A stretch of 64,000 nt of DNA from Paraspadella gotoi (GCA_051294375.1 CM119268.1:15218172-15282171); one strand, 5' to 3'; counted from the first letter of the stretch, positions 13,560-28,471 are shown. Translations and numbers: made by a program. Notes: generated by a model not told the origin, from the letters alone.

Positions 13560-15084
13560 AAGAATATTCATCATCTACTTTGGATGTTTTTTCGATGTTT
13601 TTTGATGGATGATCCTTTTCCCCTGAGGACGACGGGAATGACGACGACGACGACGACGACAACGAAGACGTCGAAATCCTATCGACCCTTAGCATTTTCT
13701 GCGTCGAAGACGAAGACGACGACGCTGTCGACGACGACGACGACGACAGCGGCGAAGCAGAGAAACTCACTTGTTTTTTTTCTTCGTCGAAAAAATTCGA
13801 TGTCGTTGTTATTGTTGTTGTCGTTGTCGTCCCATTGTCACTATTTTTTGTTCGTTGTTTCATTTCGGCAGTTGTGTTTATTTTCGTTTGCAAAACTTCA
13901 TTCGACGTCACGTCGTCGCTTGTCCAGCGCCCCTTGGCGGCGCTGCTGCGTCGGCGAGCGGCGTCGCCGGCGTGGAGTCTCTTTGGCAGTGAAGAGGCTT
14001 TTGAGATGCGATCGTCGTTACTGCTTTGGTTGGAGGATGAAGAGGAGGAGAAGGAAGATGAAGAGGAATCTTTACTGGCGCTTACGTTGTCTTCAATGAC
14101 GTCACTGTCTTCCTTGTTTTTTTTACTGGTGATGGCGTTGTTGCTGTTTTTGTTGTCTTTGGGCAGTGCATCGCGGGGCGGTTTTTCTTGTAGGGAGAAT
14201 AAGGAGTTGGAGACCGAAGAGAGGAGAGTGGGAGAAGGGGAGGGAAAAGAGCGAGCGGATGCAGTCGCTGGAGAGTTATTCGGAAAAGTCATAAACTGGG
14301 AAAGGACGTTTGCGCGAGAGGATGACATGGGAGTTGCGGTGACGGCGGCCGCGGCGACAGCAGCGGCGGTGGCGGTGGCGAACAAAGTCAAAATATAAAA
14401 CGGAAACAAAAGGTAAATTGGCCTAAAACGGGACGAATAAGACGACGAGGACGACGGTAGCGACGACGACGACGACGACGACGACGACATCACCGCCGTC
14501 GGCCGACAGTTCGAGGCGCTACTCGACCCTCTGTCATCGGAAGAAGGAAACGAAGTCAAATCGCTGACAAAAGCGCAACGCGGGCGACGAGACATGAAAT
14601 TCACTGCGGGCCTCGTTGTGGGAGACGTACGCAACGATGACGGCTCGAGTTTGGCGACAAAAGACACAGATGGAGTCGCCTCGTTGTCGACGAGAGCTAA
14701 TGACTCCGTCAAACGTCTCGGGTCAAAGGGCGACGCCGGGATTTCGGTATCTTGTCGGACGTCGATCTCCGACGCGTTGAGACGCCGTCGACGCCGGAAG
14801 CGTGGAGGCGGAGTCGGGCGTCGGGCGCCGGCGTCGTTCTCAGCGCCGCAAACTCTACATCTAGAATGGAAAGACGGCGTGGCGTTGGAGGAAGATTCCG
14901 GCGCCGCGAACGAGTCGGACGCCGGAGTTGGGATGGAAGGCGCCGATATGGAATCGAACGTCGACGTCGTTCGCATCGATTCCACGAGCGTCGAAATGAA
15001 ATGACGTCGGCGCGCGAAGGGAAAGTCGGCGTCGCGTCGCGGTCGCGCGGTCGACGACGATGACGACGACTGAGACGATGTCAT
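5771..15084 (-). CDS. ADAMTS9: ADAMTS metalloprotease, ADAMTS9/20/GON-1 subfamily, 13 coding exons
   Basis: Exons 15084-13116, 12758-12275, 12196-11991, 11779-11519, 11297-11077, 10915-10608, 10465-10280, 9869-9743, 9666-9439, 9261-9040, 8278-8087, 8011-7514, 6997-5771, all GT-AG. Encodes a prodomain, furin site RYRR, zinc motif HEIG|HVFNMPHD, disintegrin-like domain, TSR1, Cys-rich domain, spacer (DDDNYLAL) and 9 further TSRs. The true start codon is uncertain (15084, 14490 or an upstream exon). The symbol denotes the subfamily. Confidence 0.92.
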
Positions 15085-15498
15085 CGTCGAGTCGTTCGCT
15101 GCGTCGGTCGTCGTGCGAAGCCTGAAAAATTAATTAAGGGGGGGGGGATTTTATGAATTTCTTCTCTTTTATTTCTTTGTGGTTTTTCAAATAATAATAA
15201 TAATAATAAGTAAATATAATACGTCGGAAATAATACAATAATACAATAATAACAAACGTTGAACAAGTTAACAAGTTGTCAAACTTGAAAAAATTCAAAT
15301 AAATGCGGTTAATGAAAGATCGAGAGATAAAAAAAAGTAAAGCAAAATGGATCGAATACGAACGAGACAGAGGATATTTTGAAAACGAAGCAAGAGTATA
15401 AAAAAAAAGAGAGAAAAGCCGCGGATCGGAAAAAATAAAATTGAAATCAAAACTAGTGTAAGAGTTCATGGACGAACCTATGGGGCTGAATTGTCGGA

Positions 15499-15535
<37 letters not shown>

Positions 15536-16649
15536 GCACAACAGCAACAACACACTTCCTCCCACTTTCTCCCTCGCCTCCCCTCTTACTTTTTAACTTC
15601 ACTCGCGCTACCAGATGAATTTTTTTTTCAAACATTCGATGATGAAAAAAAAAAAAAAAAAAAAAAAAAAATAAACAAAACCGGCGAAATTTTTTTTTAA
15701 TAGCGAATCGCGAGAGCCGGTCTCCTGCGGCGACGGCGCCGACCGAGGCGCATCTAAAGGGGAGGACCGAAAGAAAAACCCACCCGGGTGAGGGAGGCGG
15801 TCAGACCAGAGGATAAAGAACAAGTGGGTCAATGGACCTGCACTGTCGGCGCGAATAAAGAAAATAAATGATTTTATTCAATATAATTCGGGGGAAAAAA
15901 GTCGAAGCAAGTGGACTCGAGTGGCAAAGGTAAATAATAAGCTAAATATTAAAATTATTAATAACAAAAAATGTGTTTTAAGGTCAGAAAATATTTTTTG
16001 AAAAAAGTTTCTTAGGATGGAGAGATATAAATAAAAAAAAAACAAAAAAAAAAAAAAAACGAAAAGGCGAACACAAGTCAATTAGCAAAGGCGGTTGAGG
16101 ATTCGAAAAAGATGCAATAAAAACGCGAGGAGATTTTTCAGTCAAAAAATAACACAAGTTCTCTCGTCGGCAATGTACATTAATCTTTGGGCCGGATGAA
16201 AAAAAAAATATGTGCTTTTTTTTAACGAAATGTTTTGATTAAAGAGCGCCATATATTACGAGCTCAAACGATATCTGTTCGAAGATAGTATTATATTTCA
16301 GAATAAGTGAGACAATTTTGATTAGGGTTCCCCATCAATGCTAAATACATCTTCGGGCTCAATTTCCTTTCGTAAAAGAAAGAGGAAGGGTCATCGATTC
16401 GAGTCGTGACTCATAACCGAATTCGAGGGAAAGAGAAGGTGAGGAGAAGCGGAGCAAAATGGTGAGAAGCGGTTTTCGTAAGTGTGAGAAGCGATCTTTG
16501 ACTGGAAAGAATACATCTTTACAAAGGCGAAGATCGATATATATTTTAGATAGGCAAATTTTGGATATAGGCGAGATAAGAAAAAGTTATCATTGTTAAA
16601 AATAACAAAATATTTAAAGGCGATATGTGATTTGTCTTAAGATATTATT

Positions 16650-16659
16650 NNNNNNNNNN
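16650..16659. other. Assembly gap (10 N)
   Basis: Run of N. Confidence 0.99.
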
Positions 16660-17167
16660 TTATTACTAATCTAGTAGAACGGTAGCAAGCTGCGAGAAAA
16701 AGGTTACAAATTATTTTACGATTCGGCTAGTTACTGAATTAAAACGGTTAAATTTAAATTTTCAACTATAGTTGAGAAAATAATGTCATGAATTCTCTCA
16801 TAAGCAAATAAGAAGCAGCAAACAAAACAACAACAAATGAAAAAAACAAAAAAACAAAACAAACAAACAAAACAAAACAACATCTCTAACTGACCCGCGT
16901 TGTCGTCGTCGTCGCTTTTTTCGCCCGCGTTTTTTTTTTTTCGATGGCCAAGGGGGAAGGGTCAAAGTTCGCTGGCCGGTCGTGACCCGCGGAAATATTG
17001 ACGGTCTCGTTGTCCTCGGATGTGGCGCGTTCTCCCCGGATGTAAGGGCGCATCCGCGGCCGCCGGACGCGCGCCGCCCATTGTGTCCTATCGTGCGAGT
17101 CTGGGAAAGGGAGTAAGTGATAATTGAGAGATCGAGTGATAATTGATTGATAGATAGACGGATAGAC

Positions 17168-17293
<126 letters not shown>

Positions 17294-18276
17294 GAAAAAA
17301 AAAATTAAATTAGAAAGAAAGGAATAAAGCCAAAGAAATAAACAAAAAAAAAATATGAAAAAATGAAAGAAAAAAAAAGCCAAATTGAACGATCGATTTA
17401 ATCTTCGTTTTCCGCATCTTACCCTAAACCGCCCTCTCGCGGTGACGCGGCATTTTTAAACCGAAATAGAGGTCGCTTCGATGTCAAGGATGCGCAAACA
17501 AAAAATCAAGAGAGAGAGAACGGAGACAGTAAGAAAGATGGAGGAGAAAATGAACGCGATAAAGCGGACGAGAAAGTAAATATCTTTGTGGATCAGTCAC
17601 GTTAAAAAAAGTAAGATAAAGATACTTTGATCACCGCTGACCGTATCGTTGCTAAAATTTTGTTGTTGTAAAACATTAGATTTAAACAAACGTTCGATAT
17701 GAAATAATACGAGAACAATTTTTTTTTTATTTACAAATTTATGTTTACTAAAAAAAATTGTGTGAATCGTAAGGCAAGGATTCTGTGATTGAATCTCCGA
17801 TTCCGTTCCTGATTGTAGCCTTTGATCGAATCTCTCCCGAGGGACGAACCCAAAATCTGTTTTTCCTCACTAACTTGAGGCCTTGAGAATAAAGAGCATC
17901 AAAACAACCTAATATATCGGCGTGTGAATTCTTATTCGAGGCATTAACTCTCTCTCTCTCTCTCTGTTCCTCTCTTTCTTTCTCTTTCTCTCTCTGTTTC
18001 TAGCATCGTCGTGTGGTAGGTTCACAATATCAACATTTGACTTTATCCTGTTATTAATTTGAGAAGAATCGCAGTTCGCCTTCGCGTGGAAACACCACAC
18101 AGATGTTTTCGATTAAAGGTCTTGAACTTCCGCTTCACAGTTTATCGGGGAACCAGCACAGTGTGCCGTTCAAAACATTTCGAGAAGAAGAAGAAAAAAA
18201 TTAAATAAATCAAGGACTCTGGTTTGAAGGAGAACCGCAAATGTTATTGTAATGTCGGGGAGAGAAGGGCGGAGAA

Positions 18277-18324
<48 letters not shown>

Positions 18325-18641
18325 TTGTTTCTTTTTTTCTCAATTTTTTTTATTTCTTTCCATCGCTTGGAAACTTGATCGGGATTTATCCTTGAAAAAA
18401 GTTGGTATCTCTATCCCAAACCAAATACCAAAATTTAGCCGCTCGCTGTGGTCGTCGTCCCCGTCGTCGTCGTCTTTTTCGTAGTCGTCACTTTCTTCGA
18501 GTTTTTTCTTCATTTTTTTTTCCAGATTTGAAAGATTAAAATGCGTTGAAAATATTTTTGAAAAATGTTGAGAAAAGCTTTTGAAGAATAAAGATGAGAA
18601 ATTCCTTGGGATACGCGGAAAGTAAAAAAAAGAAAGGCGGG

Positions 18642-18685
<44 letters not shown>

Positions 18686-18695
18686 GAGAGAGAGA

Positions 18696-18746
<51 letters not shown>

Positions 18747-18882
18747 TGAGTTAGAGATTATAATTGCGTTTTTTTTCGTGAGTTTAAAAGACAACTGGAT
18801 TTTTGATCGTTCTAGTGCATGGAGATAAATCTGACGAGAAAAAGGGGCGAGGAGAGAGAGAAAGTGAGAGAAGAGAGAAGAG

Positions 18883-18942
<60 letters not shown>

Positions 18943-20001
18943 TCGATAGCAGGGGACGAAAACGGATCGAAAGTGGGGGAGTGGGGACCGAAGGGGAAAT
19001 GGTCTTGTAATTCTTGTAAATTAGGAAATTTACAATTGTTACTTTCTAGGTATCTGGGAATTTACATTTTTATCGTAAAAAAAATCATTTTTGAATTTGC
19101 AAGAGAGAAGGTTAATATAATATTAAATATATTATGTAAACGAAAAAGAAGAAAGAGGAAAAAAAGTGTAAAGCATGTGACGAAAAAAAAAGAAACAATG
19201 AAGATAAGAAAAGATAAATTAGAAAAGGGTTGGCTTATGCATCGAAACGGTAATCTTTTGACTAAATAAGTATTAAACGCACATATTTAGGTGATAATCA
19301 AGAAGGTTGATGAAACGGGACAAGATGGAAAAGTGAGAAGTCAAGAATAAAGGAATGAAGGAGCGACCAAGAAATAAATCGCGTAAGATGAAAGGAGAAT
19401 TTCCTCCTCCCTCATCTATTGACGAGTTGGGACGGGTTCACAGACTCCACCCCTCAACGAGAGACTTCTTTCACAAGCCACTCATGCCCGAGATAATGAC
19501 CCCGAAACGGTTTCACCTTTAAACCGTTTGATCAGCCTGTTCGTTCGCTCCGTCCCACATTTTTTTTTCACTTTCCTTAGTATCCATTCGGTGGAATATG
19601 GATTTATGAATTTATAAAAAAAAATGTACATATTTAATTTCCAACCGTGACGAGCTCTTCGCATAATATGGAGTGTCTTCCCCCTCGCCCCGCTCATGCC
19701 GAGCTCCCCCACCCCCCCCTTTCTCTCACCCATTCGAATCCACGCATCGAAATGTTTCACCCACGCATTCGGAGAGAATCACAGATGCATTCTCGCCCCC
19801 GCCCTTCCGCGCCTCTCGCAGGCATCTCTCACAGGCCAACGAGGGTCGACCGACGGACATTCGCTCATCTGCATTAGGCACTAACACCTTTCCTTTCCTC
19901 CCCCACTCTCTCTCAGTCATCTCGACGAACGAAAACAAAAAACAAATAAAAAACAGAAAGGAAAACAGAAAAAAAAATATAGCTTTTCGAGTCGGCGTCG
20001 C

Positions 20002-20082
20002 TTTTTTTTTCGGCAGAGGGGGGGACGAGAGACTGGAANNNNNNNNNNTTTTTCGGCAGAGGGGGGGGACGAGAGACTGGAA
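20002..20082. other. 10-N gap with duplicated flanks (unmerged contig overlap)
   Basis: TTTTCGGCAGAGGGGGGGACGAGAGACTGGAA occurs immediately on both sides of the N run at 20039-20048. Confidence 0.9.
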
Positions 20083-22999
20083 GTCGCGGGGATCATGACC
20101 GCGAATCGAAAACGTCACAACAAACGAATTTGCGCCAAAGTGAATAAAAAAAGAATAAATATATTGGGCGGGTCGAGTGGAAGGGAAGTGGCTGCGGCGG
20201 TTTGAGTCGACCGTCAAGTCCGATCTACCGATCGAGGATCGAAGACGCTGGACGGACCTTTCGTTGTCTCAGCGAGCTGTTTAGCGTTTATTGTCAAAAT
20301 AAGCTTTAATTACTCGGCACGATTGTTGGGGATTTCTTTCTGATGTAGACAAGAACGCATATAAGTTTTAGAGCGTAAAATCCTTGAAAAACTGATTGAA
20401 AGAGTTATTTATTTATATAGTTCATATAGTATATATATATTTAGTATTATATATATAGTATAAAGGAAGTGAGATCCCGACAAAATAAGGGAGAATAAGT
20501 TAGCATTATTAACAGAAAAAGTACTCAAAAAGACTTTCGCGGCATTTTTAGGATGTTTTTCTATGGGGGAGGTCTCTCTTTTTGGTTAATCCAAAGATCC
20601 GGTTGCCTCGTCGTTTGAGAGGCTCACGTTTTCACTATCGAAGTCCTCGTCACGTTCTCGAGTCGTGATCTCTCTCTCTCATCTCTTCTCTCTCTCTCTC
20701 CTCTCCTTCTCTCTCTTCTCTCTTTCTCTCTCTCTTGCTCTTTCTTTCTTTTTTTTCTATCTCTCGTTCTCTATCTTTATTCAGTCGGATTTATATCCCA
20801 ATGCACATAACGACTCTCCGTCTGCAATTCTTGCAACCGAATCTCCAATCTCCCGGTTGAAGCTTTTCTTTCCCCTCGGAACCAGCTCCGTTTTCCGAGT
20901 AAATTGAGTCGCGGATTTGGGCAAATTGAGAAGGGAGCATTGACCAGATCTTTCTTTATTCTTTCATCAACTAATATTTGTATCGTTAGCCACTACAAAA
21001 ATGGCATCAGGATAAAAATTACCAGTTACTAATTTTTAAACGTCTGTTATCGTTTGGATCGCTTATAATTTTTTGCGTAATCGTTTTTATTAAAACACAT
21101 AAAAATATTCTCATGTTTCCAATCCAATAGGAGAAGAGCTATTGACTTTTTCCTCCCTGGGTTACAATTAACAGCTCAACATCTAGCCAGGCGGTTTAAA
21201 ATCGTCCCCGACTACAGAGCCAACTAATAGCGAAGCCAAGAGAGTACAAGCTCCCAAAGAATGCTGTACAAAGAACCTCATCCGCTTTCCCTGGCTCACC
21301 GCTGCGTCCTCCACCCTAATCTAGAAAATCTCCGCTAATACCCCTCAGTCCTCGCGCACCCCCCCTAACCCCTTTTTTGGTTTCCCCCTTCCAAAGTCGG
21401 CATCTTCGAATCCACTTTTTTTTTTCTTTCTGATTTACGTCCGGTTAGTCCAATTTTTAACACCTTTGCATTTTCGAGTTGTTTAATATTTGGCGACCAG
21501 CTGGAGACGCAATCCATCATTTCGTCTTCGTTTTTTTGATTCACTCTAAAGTTTTTTAAATGATGTAAATGATAAAAATCATTAAAAATTGAAAGCTATT
21601 TAAAAAAAATTTCCTTTTCGCTGACCTTAGCTACATAATTTTAAAAAGAATGAATTCAAACGTGACGAATGATGATTTCCGTACTTTCTCAACCTTCTCT
21701 CAATATAATAAGTTATTAGAATTTCATTGTGACAATTTCGACTTTTCTATTCCACTCTCGTCGAACTCTATTAATTTCATAAATTTAAGATTTTTTTTAA
21801 AACAGTTTAGTTTATTTCCATTTCACATACATTAGAATCTGGTTCAATTTTTAGATTAATTCCGGAACCGGAACGATTTTTTTTTCCTCTTGGATGAGGA
21901 TTTCTTAATCCTCAAATAATTTCCTTTCCTTTCTTTTTTTTCTTCTTCTATTTTTTTTAATTGTCTCTCTCTATTCCTTCTCCTTTTCATTTTTTTTTAG
22001 TCACGGCTACTGGGACTCTTTTACACCCTTGTCTGTCTGTCTGTCTGTCGGTCTGTCCCTAAATATTACATTGACTAAAGTAAAATTAAAAAATGGAAAT
22101 ACGGATTAATCAATAATCATGCGTTTTTAAAGAAGGTATGAGAATGGATTTTTGTTTTTGCGCTTCTCCAATAAGGAAGGAAAAAAGATGAGGAAAAGCA
22201 GAAAATTCAGGCGAAAAACAATATCGAATATCGAACATTTTTTAAGAATAAATGTTATCGATTCGCCCCGCCGCTCTTTCCTAGAGAACAATCGAGCCGC
22301 CAAAATCGAAAAAGCAGGCCCGCCGCCGCTGCTGCCGCCACCGCCGCCGCTCCGACAGCCGCCGTCTCAAACGCGGCGGCGTAGGCTATCGGCGTCGGCA
22401 AAAACTCGTGAAAACCATCCTAAATGGCAAAATGAATGAAAGTTACACCCCGACACATTAAATCGAACACTTTTTGTGTATTCAGACCTTTTTTTTTTGT
22501 TTGTACCCCGGAACCAAACAGTGAGAATCGAATAGAACACGTATGCGTGCCCCTTCTTTCGTGTGTTTGTGTGTGTTTGCGTGTACGATAAACGATCCTT
22601 ATTCCTGACCTATAAATATTATATCCCCCGTTCTTTTTTTTTTTAGTTTTTCTTCTAATCCCTGTCGAACATGTGGTTGAGTGTAAGAAAAATAACAGCC
22701 AAAGGAGGAGAGGGAGGGAAGGAAAAATGAAATATATTCAAACTAAATTTACAGTTTCGTCGGATCTTGAAGATTTAGGATGTAATGTTTTGGCTAATAT
22801 TTTTTTTTTCAAAATCAAATCATATCCCGAGAGATAACTGCAGTTTTATAAAATTTGCATTTGAAAAAAAAAAATTAAGACGGCTAAATCGGACGAGGCT
22901 TCGAATAAATAACATTAAAAATAAAGTATTTTCATTCATAGACAAACTTCGTTGTTCTATTTCTCCTTCTTTTTCTTCTTCTTCATCTCCCGTTTCTTT

Positions 23000-23030
<31 letters not shown>

Positions 23031-23579
23031 CCTCTTCTTCTTCGTCTTTTTCCTCGGCCAATTTACCACCAACGGCGAGACAGAAGGTTACGAGCGACAT
23101 TGGAAAAAGAAAACACATGTCAAGAAAACGGGAATGCTCTTCGCTGTGGCCGTCATCTGCCCAGTAAACAGGGCCTCCGAGAGCGTCGTCGTCGTCGTCG
23201 TTGTCGTCGTCGTGTTTATTTTCACTATCACCCTTGTTATCGTCGTCGTCACCATCGTCGTCGTTTTCGTCGCCATTAAACTCGTCGTACTCGTTGTCAA
23301 CATCGTCGACTTTATGGCCGTCCATGTCACCGTCCCTGTCACTTCCTCAAGAGTCGTCATTGTCGCCGTCGTTGTCATTATGTAATACATAATATGTATA
23401 TCTTTGATGTCACAGTCGCCCTGATAGTTGTGAGTACAGCAAAGTTACTGTAATGTTGTTCGTTATATTCATTAAGGCTGTCCTAATGAGAATTGTCAAT
23501 GCCACTGATTCTGTCATTATTTTTGAAAATTTTTGTTTCTTTTTTTTTTTTCATTCTGTTTTCTCCTGTTGTTCTTCTC

Positions 23580-23790
23580 CTTTCTTCCGTTTTTCCCCTC
23601 TTTTTTTCCGTTTTTCTTCTCTTTTTTTCCGTTTTTCTTCTCTTTTCTTCTCTTTTTTTCTCTTTTCTTCCGTTTTTCTTCTCTTTTTTCACGTTTTTCT
23701 TCTCTTTTCTTCCGTTTTTCTTCTCTTTTCTTCCGTTTTAATTCACTTTTCTGCCGTTTTTCTTCTCTTTTATTCCGTTTTTCTTCTCTT
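23580..23790. repeat. ~21-bp pyrimidine-rich minisatellite
   Basis: About 10 imperfect copies of TTTTCTTCCGTTTTTCTTCTC. Confidence 0.85.
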
Positions 23791-23973
23791 TTCCCTTTCC
23801 CTGGCATCATCGCTTTGTATCATTAGTAGTCTCATCAACCAAATACAATTGGGAGATAGATATTTGTCATTGTCGTCGTCGCTCGTCGTCGTCGTGATGG
23901 TTGCTAAAACATTTTTGTTTTATCGTCTTTCACGTCGTCGTCGTCGTCGTCGTTGTCGCTTTAGCGATATCCA

Positions 23974-24016
<43 letters not shown>

Positions 24017-26373
24017 AGACCTCGGAAATGTCCGGGATTTGGTCGGCCCCCCAGTGGAACGAGGGACTCATCCTTTTCTCAAACACACCGTGTTTTGAAA
24101 GAGGAGGAAAAAAAATCGAGATTCACAGCCTCAAAACGTTCATCAAATTCGAACAAAAATACACATTAGCGTTGTGTGTGTGTTTGCTTTGTTAATTAGA
24201 GCCACTGAAAGAGAAAGAAAGAATAGAAACCAAAGGATGAAAAAGAAAAAGAAAAATTAAGAAAAAGCGAGAGAGGGCGGGAGTGAGAAAAAATGAGAGA
24301 AAGAGAGAGAGAGAGAATTAATCTTTACAATGTGCCCATTAACCAGTTTTCTGGAAGCAAACATTTGATCGGCGGCGTTGGGGCTTTCTCAGCATCTCCA
24401 TTTTAGGGTCACGAAAGGAAAATTGTATTCTTTTTCAATCCTCTATAAAAATAGGGTAAATCAAAAGGGGTTTAATTGCGTTGAGAATCAAAGAGAATCC
24501 TCCGATGCTTTGCGCCTTTAGGTACTTGTAAGTAAACTGCTTTGTAATTTGATTTTTTAAAGTTTTGTGTTAAATGAGACATCGCCGCAAAATTCAGGGG
24601 CACCGTTTAGAAAAATAAATTAGTCTTCTCAAAATGACTCTGAATGTAGTTGAAAACCACTTTATTATTTCCATTAATATTGTAAATTCAAGTACAGTTC
24701 GTATTGAAGAGATAGTCAAGTCACGGAAGAGTGTATTATTATTCGGGTTCCTGTGATGGAAAATAGGAAAAAAAAGACTTGGAAGGGGAAACAAAATTGG
24801 TGGAGTTGGGGAGATGATTGGAAGACTGTTGAGCGGCATGTGTGGGGCGGTTTGGCTGGGATGCAATCGTTGGGCAGTAGGAACGCATTCGTGGTACGTA
24901 CGTGGGTTGGTTGACAGGTGACATACAATTAAGAGAGCGTGTAATTGTGGGGCGGTTTGTACAGGATGATCGGGCGGTCGGGATCGGATTGTGGGGCAGT
25001 TAGGACAAGATCATGGAATGGATAGGATGCGATCGTTGGGCGCCTCAGATATGACATGGGATATGATCATCAGGTGAGTAGGACAGAGATACGATCATGG
25101 GGCGGTTAATTCATGATTGTACAGTGGTTGTCACGCAATTGTGGGTCCATTGTAACGAGATCGTGGGGCAGACGGGACGCGATCGTTGGGGGAGTTGGGA
25201 CGACATCCTTGGGGCGTTTGGAGGGAGAAAATCGTTCCAGTCAACCAGATACAATCTTGTTTATTCAATTTGCATTTAATCCCAAAGAGTAGGAGGAGTT
25301 GGAGGAGTAAGAAGAGTAGGAGTAGGAGGAGGAGGAGTGGGAGAAATAAGAAAAAACTAAGGTGAACCTGGAGAGGAGGAGTCGGGCGAAGGGAGGAGGA
25401 GGAGTCTGGAGGAGTAGGAAGAAGAAGAGGAGAATTGAGGAGGAGGAGGAGGAGGAGGAGGGAGAAGAGGTCGACGAGAAACTTTGAAGATGAGTCGGAC
25501 AAAAGGAGAAAAAAAATTAAATGGATCCGTGGTTGAAATAAAAAAAATAAAAAATAAATAAACTCACATTTGAGGGATGTATAAAAGTAAACAACTTAAT
25601 CTTTCGTTACAAAGGCAGAAGCGATAAAGAGCATACTTGTCTAAAAGGGATAAATGATAGAGTAAAGTTTACGTAAGGGAAAAGTTTAAGCTTGTACTAG
25701 TACAAAAAGATATATTTTCAGATTGTTTTATAGAATGGGGTTAAATTTTTAAAAAATCATAAATATTTAAACTTCGCTTGCGCCGTAAAATTTTTTATTA
25801 GACTTTGAAACATATTATGGATTATTGGATACAATTAAATATAAATATATCGACATAGAGATAAAGGATTCCATTTATTCAAATACTAATAAAAAATGTA
25901 GCGACATGAGATAGAAAAGTAAAACTAAGCAGTTTTTTAAAAAAAAATCGGGATAAAGATAAAAAGCAAGGGAAGGGTATGAAGAGCGTAGCGGATAAAA
26001 ACGCCACCAATTACATTTACCTTTACATTTTCCAGCTCAAGCAACCTTCAAAGGGCCTTTAATTCTTCCGGGGATGTGCCGGCCCCTTTCAATAGATCAT
26101 GGGGAGGAGAGAGAGAGAGAAGAGAAGAGAGGTGTGGTGGGAGGGAGAAAAAGCCCCCAAAAACGCTTGTTGATTTGTCGAAATCAAAATTAAAATTCTT
26201 TTCAATATCTCACACAAAACTGTAAAAAAAAGTTGTGAACCGAAAGAAAGAGTGAATGAAGGACGGAATTTAAATTTTTTTTTCTAGCGAGACATGACTG
26301 CCACTAAACAAATACTCAATTTGAACAAAAAAAATCTCGTATCTGAAATTTTTTTCACTTTCAAAAAATTTTG

Positions 26374-26449
<76 letters not shown>

Positions 26450-26808
26450 TCTTATTCGATTAAAAAACCCTCTCCAGTACATTTTTCCCACTGTAACCTC
26501 CACACACAGAGAGAGTTTGATTCCCCGCCGCTTTAAGTCTCCTTCGCTTCCCTATCCCTTATAATTTATACAAGTCTCTTTTACCCGGCATCCATTAATT
26601 TTTTTTTTACTGCGTATCCTCTTCCCCCCCCCCTTCGACTTGTTTTGGCTTCATTTCCCTACGTATATCAGTACAAACGTAAAGAATTTCGGGTCCCGAA
26701 GAAAAACAAAATAGAAAATTCCACACTCGTCGCGTGAAAGTGTACATGTTTAGTGATATCAAATCTTTTTTTAAACGAGGGACGAACGTCTAGCTTTTGG
26801 TGTGCAAA

Positions 26809-26869
<61 letters not shown>

Positions 26870-27362
26870 TGAGAAATCACACTTTTTAACAGGTACCTAA
26901 TCAACCATAGTACCAAGTAAGAAAAAAAACCGCAGACAAAAGTGCACGTCGCTTATTAGTCTTATCTTTAACCGGTGCTAAACGATTAACGATCGTCGTT
27001 ATAAACGTCGTCCTTCTTCGTTGTTGTCGCTTTGTAAGTACAGTTGATGAAAAACTTTTTTTTTAAATTTATTCCGCCCCGGTAGGGATGTTTTTGCTTT
27101 AGTTATATTGAAGTGCTTTTGGATAAAATATTACGAAAGAAGTACCCCATGGTAACGTAAGTGGTAACGAAACACAACCAAAAAAGGTTAAATGTTAATT
27201 CAATCCACGATTACCGATATAAACCCTGAGGGTAATTAGTATTGTTTTCATTTCTCGTTCTCCCTGTTTCTTTTCAAACTTTTTCCTTTCACATTTCGCA
27301 GATTTCGAAGTGGTTTTTTTTTTTTAAGTCAAATCCAACGGCGAGGCGATGGCGATCTCTTT

Positions 27363-27460
<98 letters not shown>

Positions 27461-27678
27461 ACCTAGAAACGATATGCGCGCTGCGGCTTCTCTCAATTCT
27501 CTCAATCCAACTTTCATCCATCTTTACAAAAATCGGGAGAATAAAAAAAAACAAAAAAAAAAAACACAAGAAAAACCAGAAACTATATATACTAGAGAGG
27601 GAAAAATTCGACAAGTCCGTTTTTTAGCCCATCAGTCAGAGAAACAAAAACTTTTTCGCGATGAAAACTTTTTTTTAT

Positions 27679-27725
<47 letters not shown>

Positions 27726-28436
27726 CTTTCATAGTCAAAAAGTCCGAATTTAAGAAAAGGAGGATGAAAGATGACGAAGTGAAAAACGTCTGGGCCGCAT
27801 TTTTTTTATGATCAAAAACATAAAGGGTAGTGAAAAAAGGAAACAAGTTTGTTTTTTTTTGGTAGTTTCTTTTTTCTTTCAAACGAGTTTACTAATCGGT
27901 GAAAGTCGCATTTTAGCTCCATTAGTGAGAAAAAAAGAAAAGACCTGAAGTTGAAAAAAAATAAACGAAAAGAGTTATTACCAAGAAAGAGAAAAAAAGG
28001 AAAAAAAACTTCACACAAAATCAAAAAAGATTCACTAAAGTTTTGATTATAATAAAAATAGAAAGTTGCACGTAATTGAAATCATGTGGTTTGTTGAACC
28101 AAGGATCAATTGGACAGTAATGGGAGAGGAGGAGACACAGAGAAAGAAAAACCGAATAAGAGAAAGAAAGAAAGAAAGAGAGAGAGATAGAGAGAGAGTG
28201 AGAAAACAAAAAATGCCACATTGGTTGGAAATCCGAAAAAAATATGTTTCCACATTTAGAGATATTTTTGGACGCTTTCTTACTTTTTTTTCCAAATTAA
28301 AAACGTTTCATTGTTTTTGAGTTTTTGATTCCAAAAGGGATTAAAAACTGAAATTTAATTTAAGTCGAAAAAAAGTGGAAAACAAAAAAAAGAAATTTTT
28401 TGAGAAATAGTGAGAGAGAGCAGATATATATATATG

Positions 28437-28471
<35 letters not shown>

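Noticed and set aside
22785-24169. Several 80-240 aa ORFs
   Set aside because: Products of (GTC)n and pyrimidine minisatellites with no domain signal.
27142-27156. X-box-like GTACCCCATGGTAAC
   Set aside because: No identifiable gene start nearby; a chance match is plausible.
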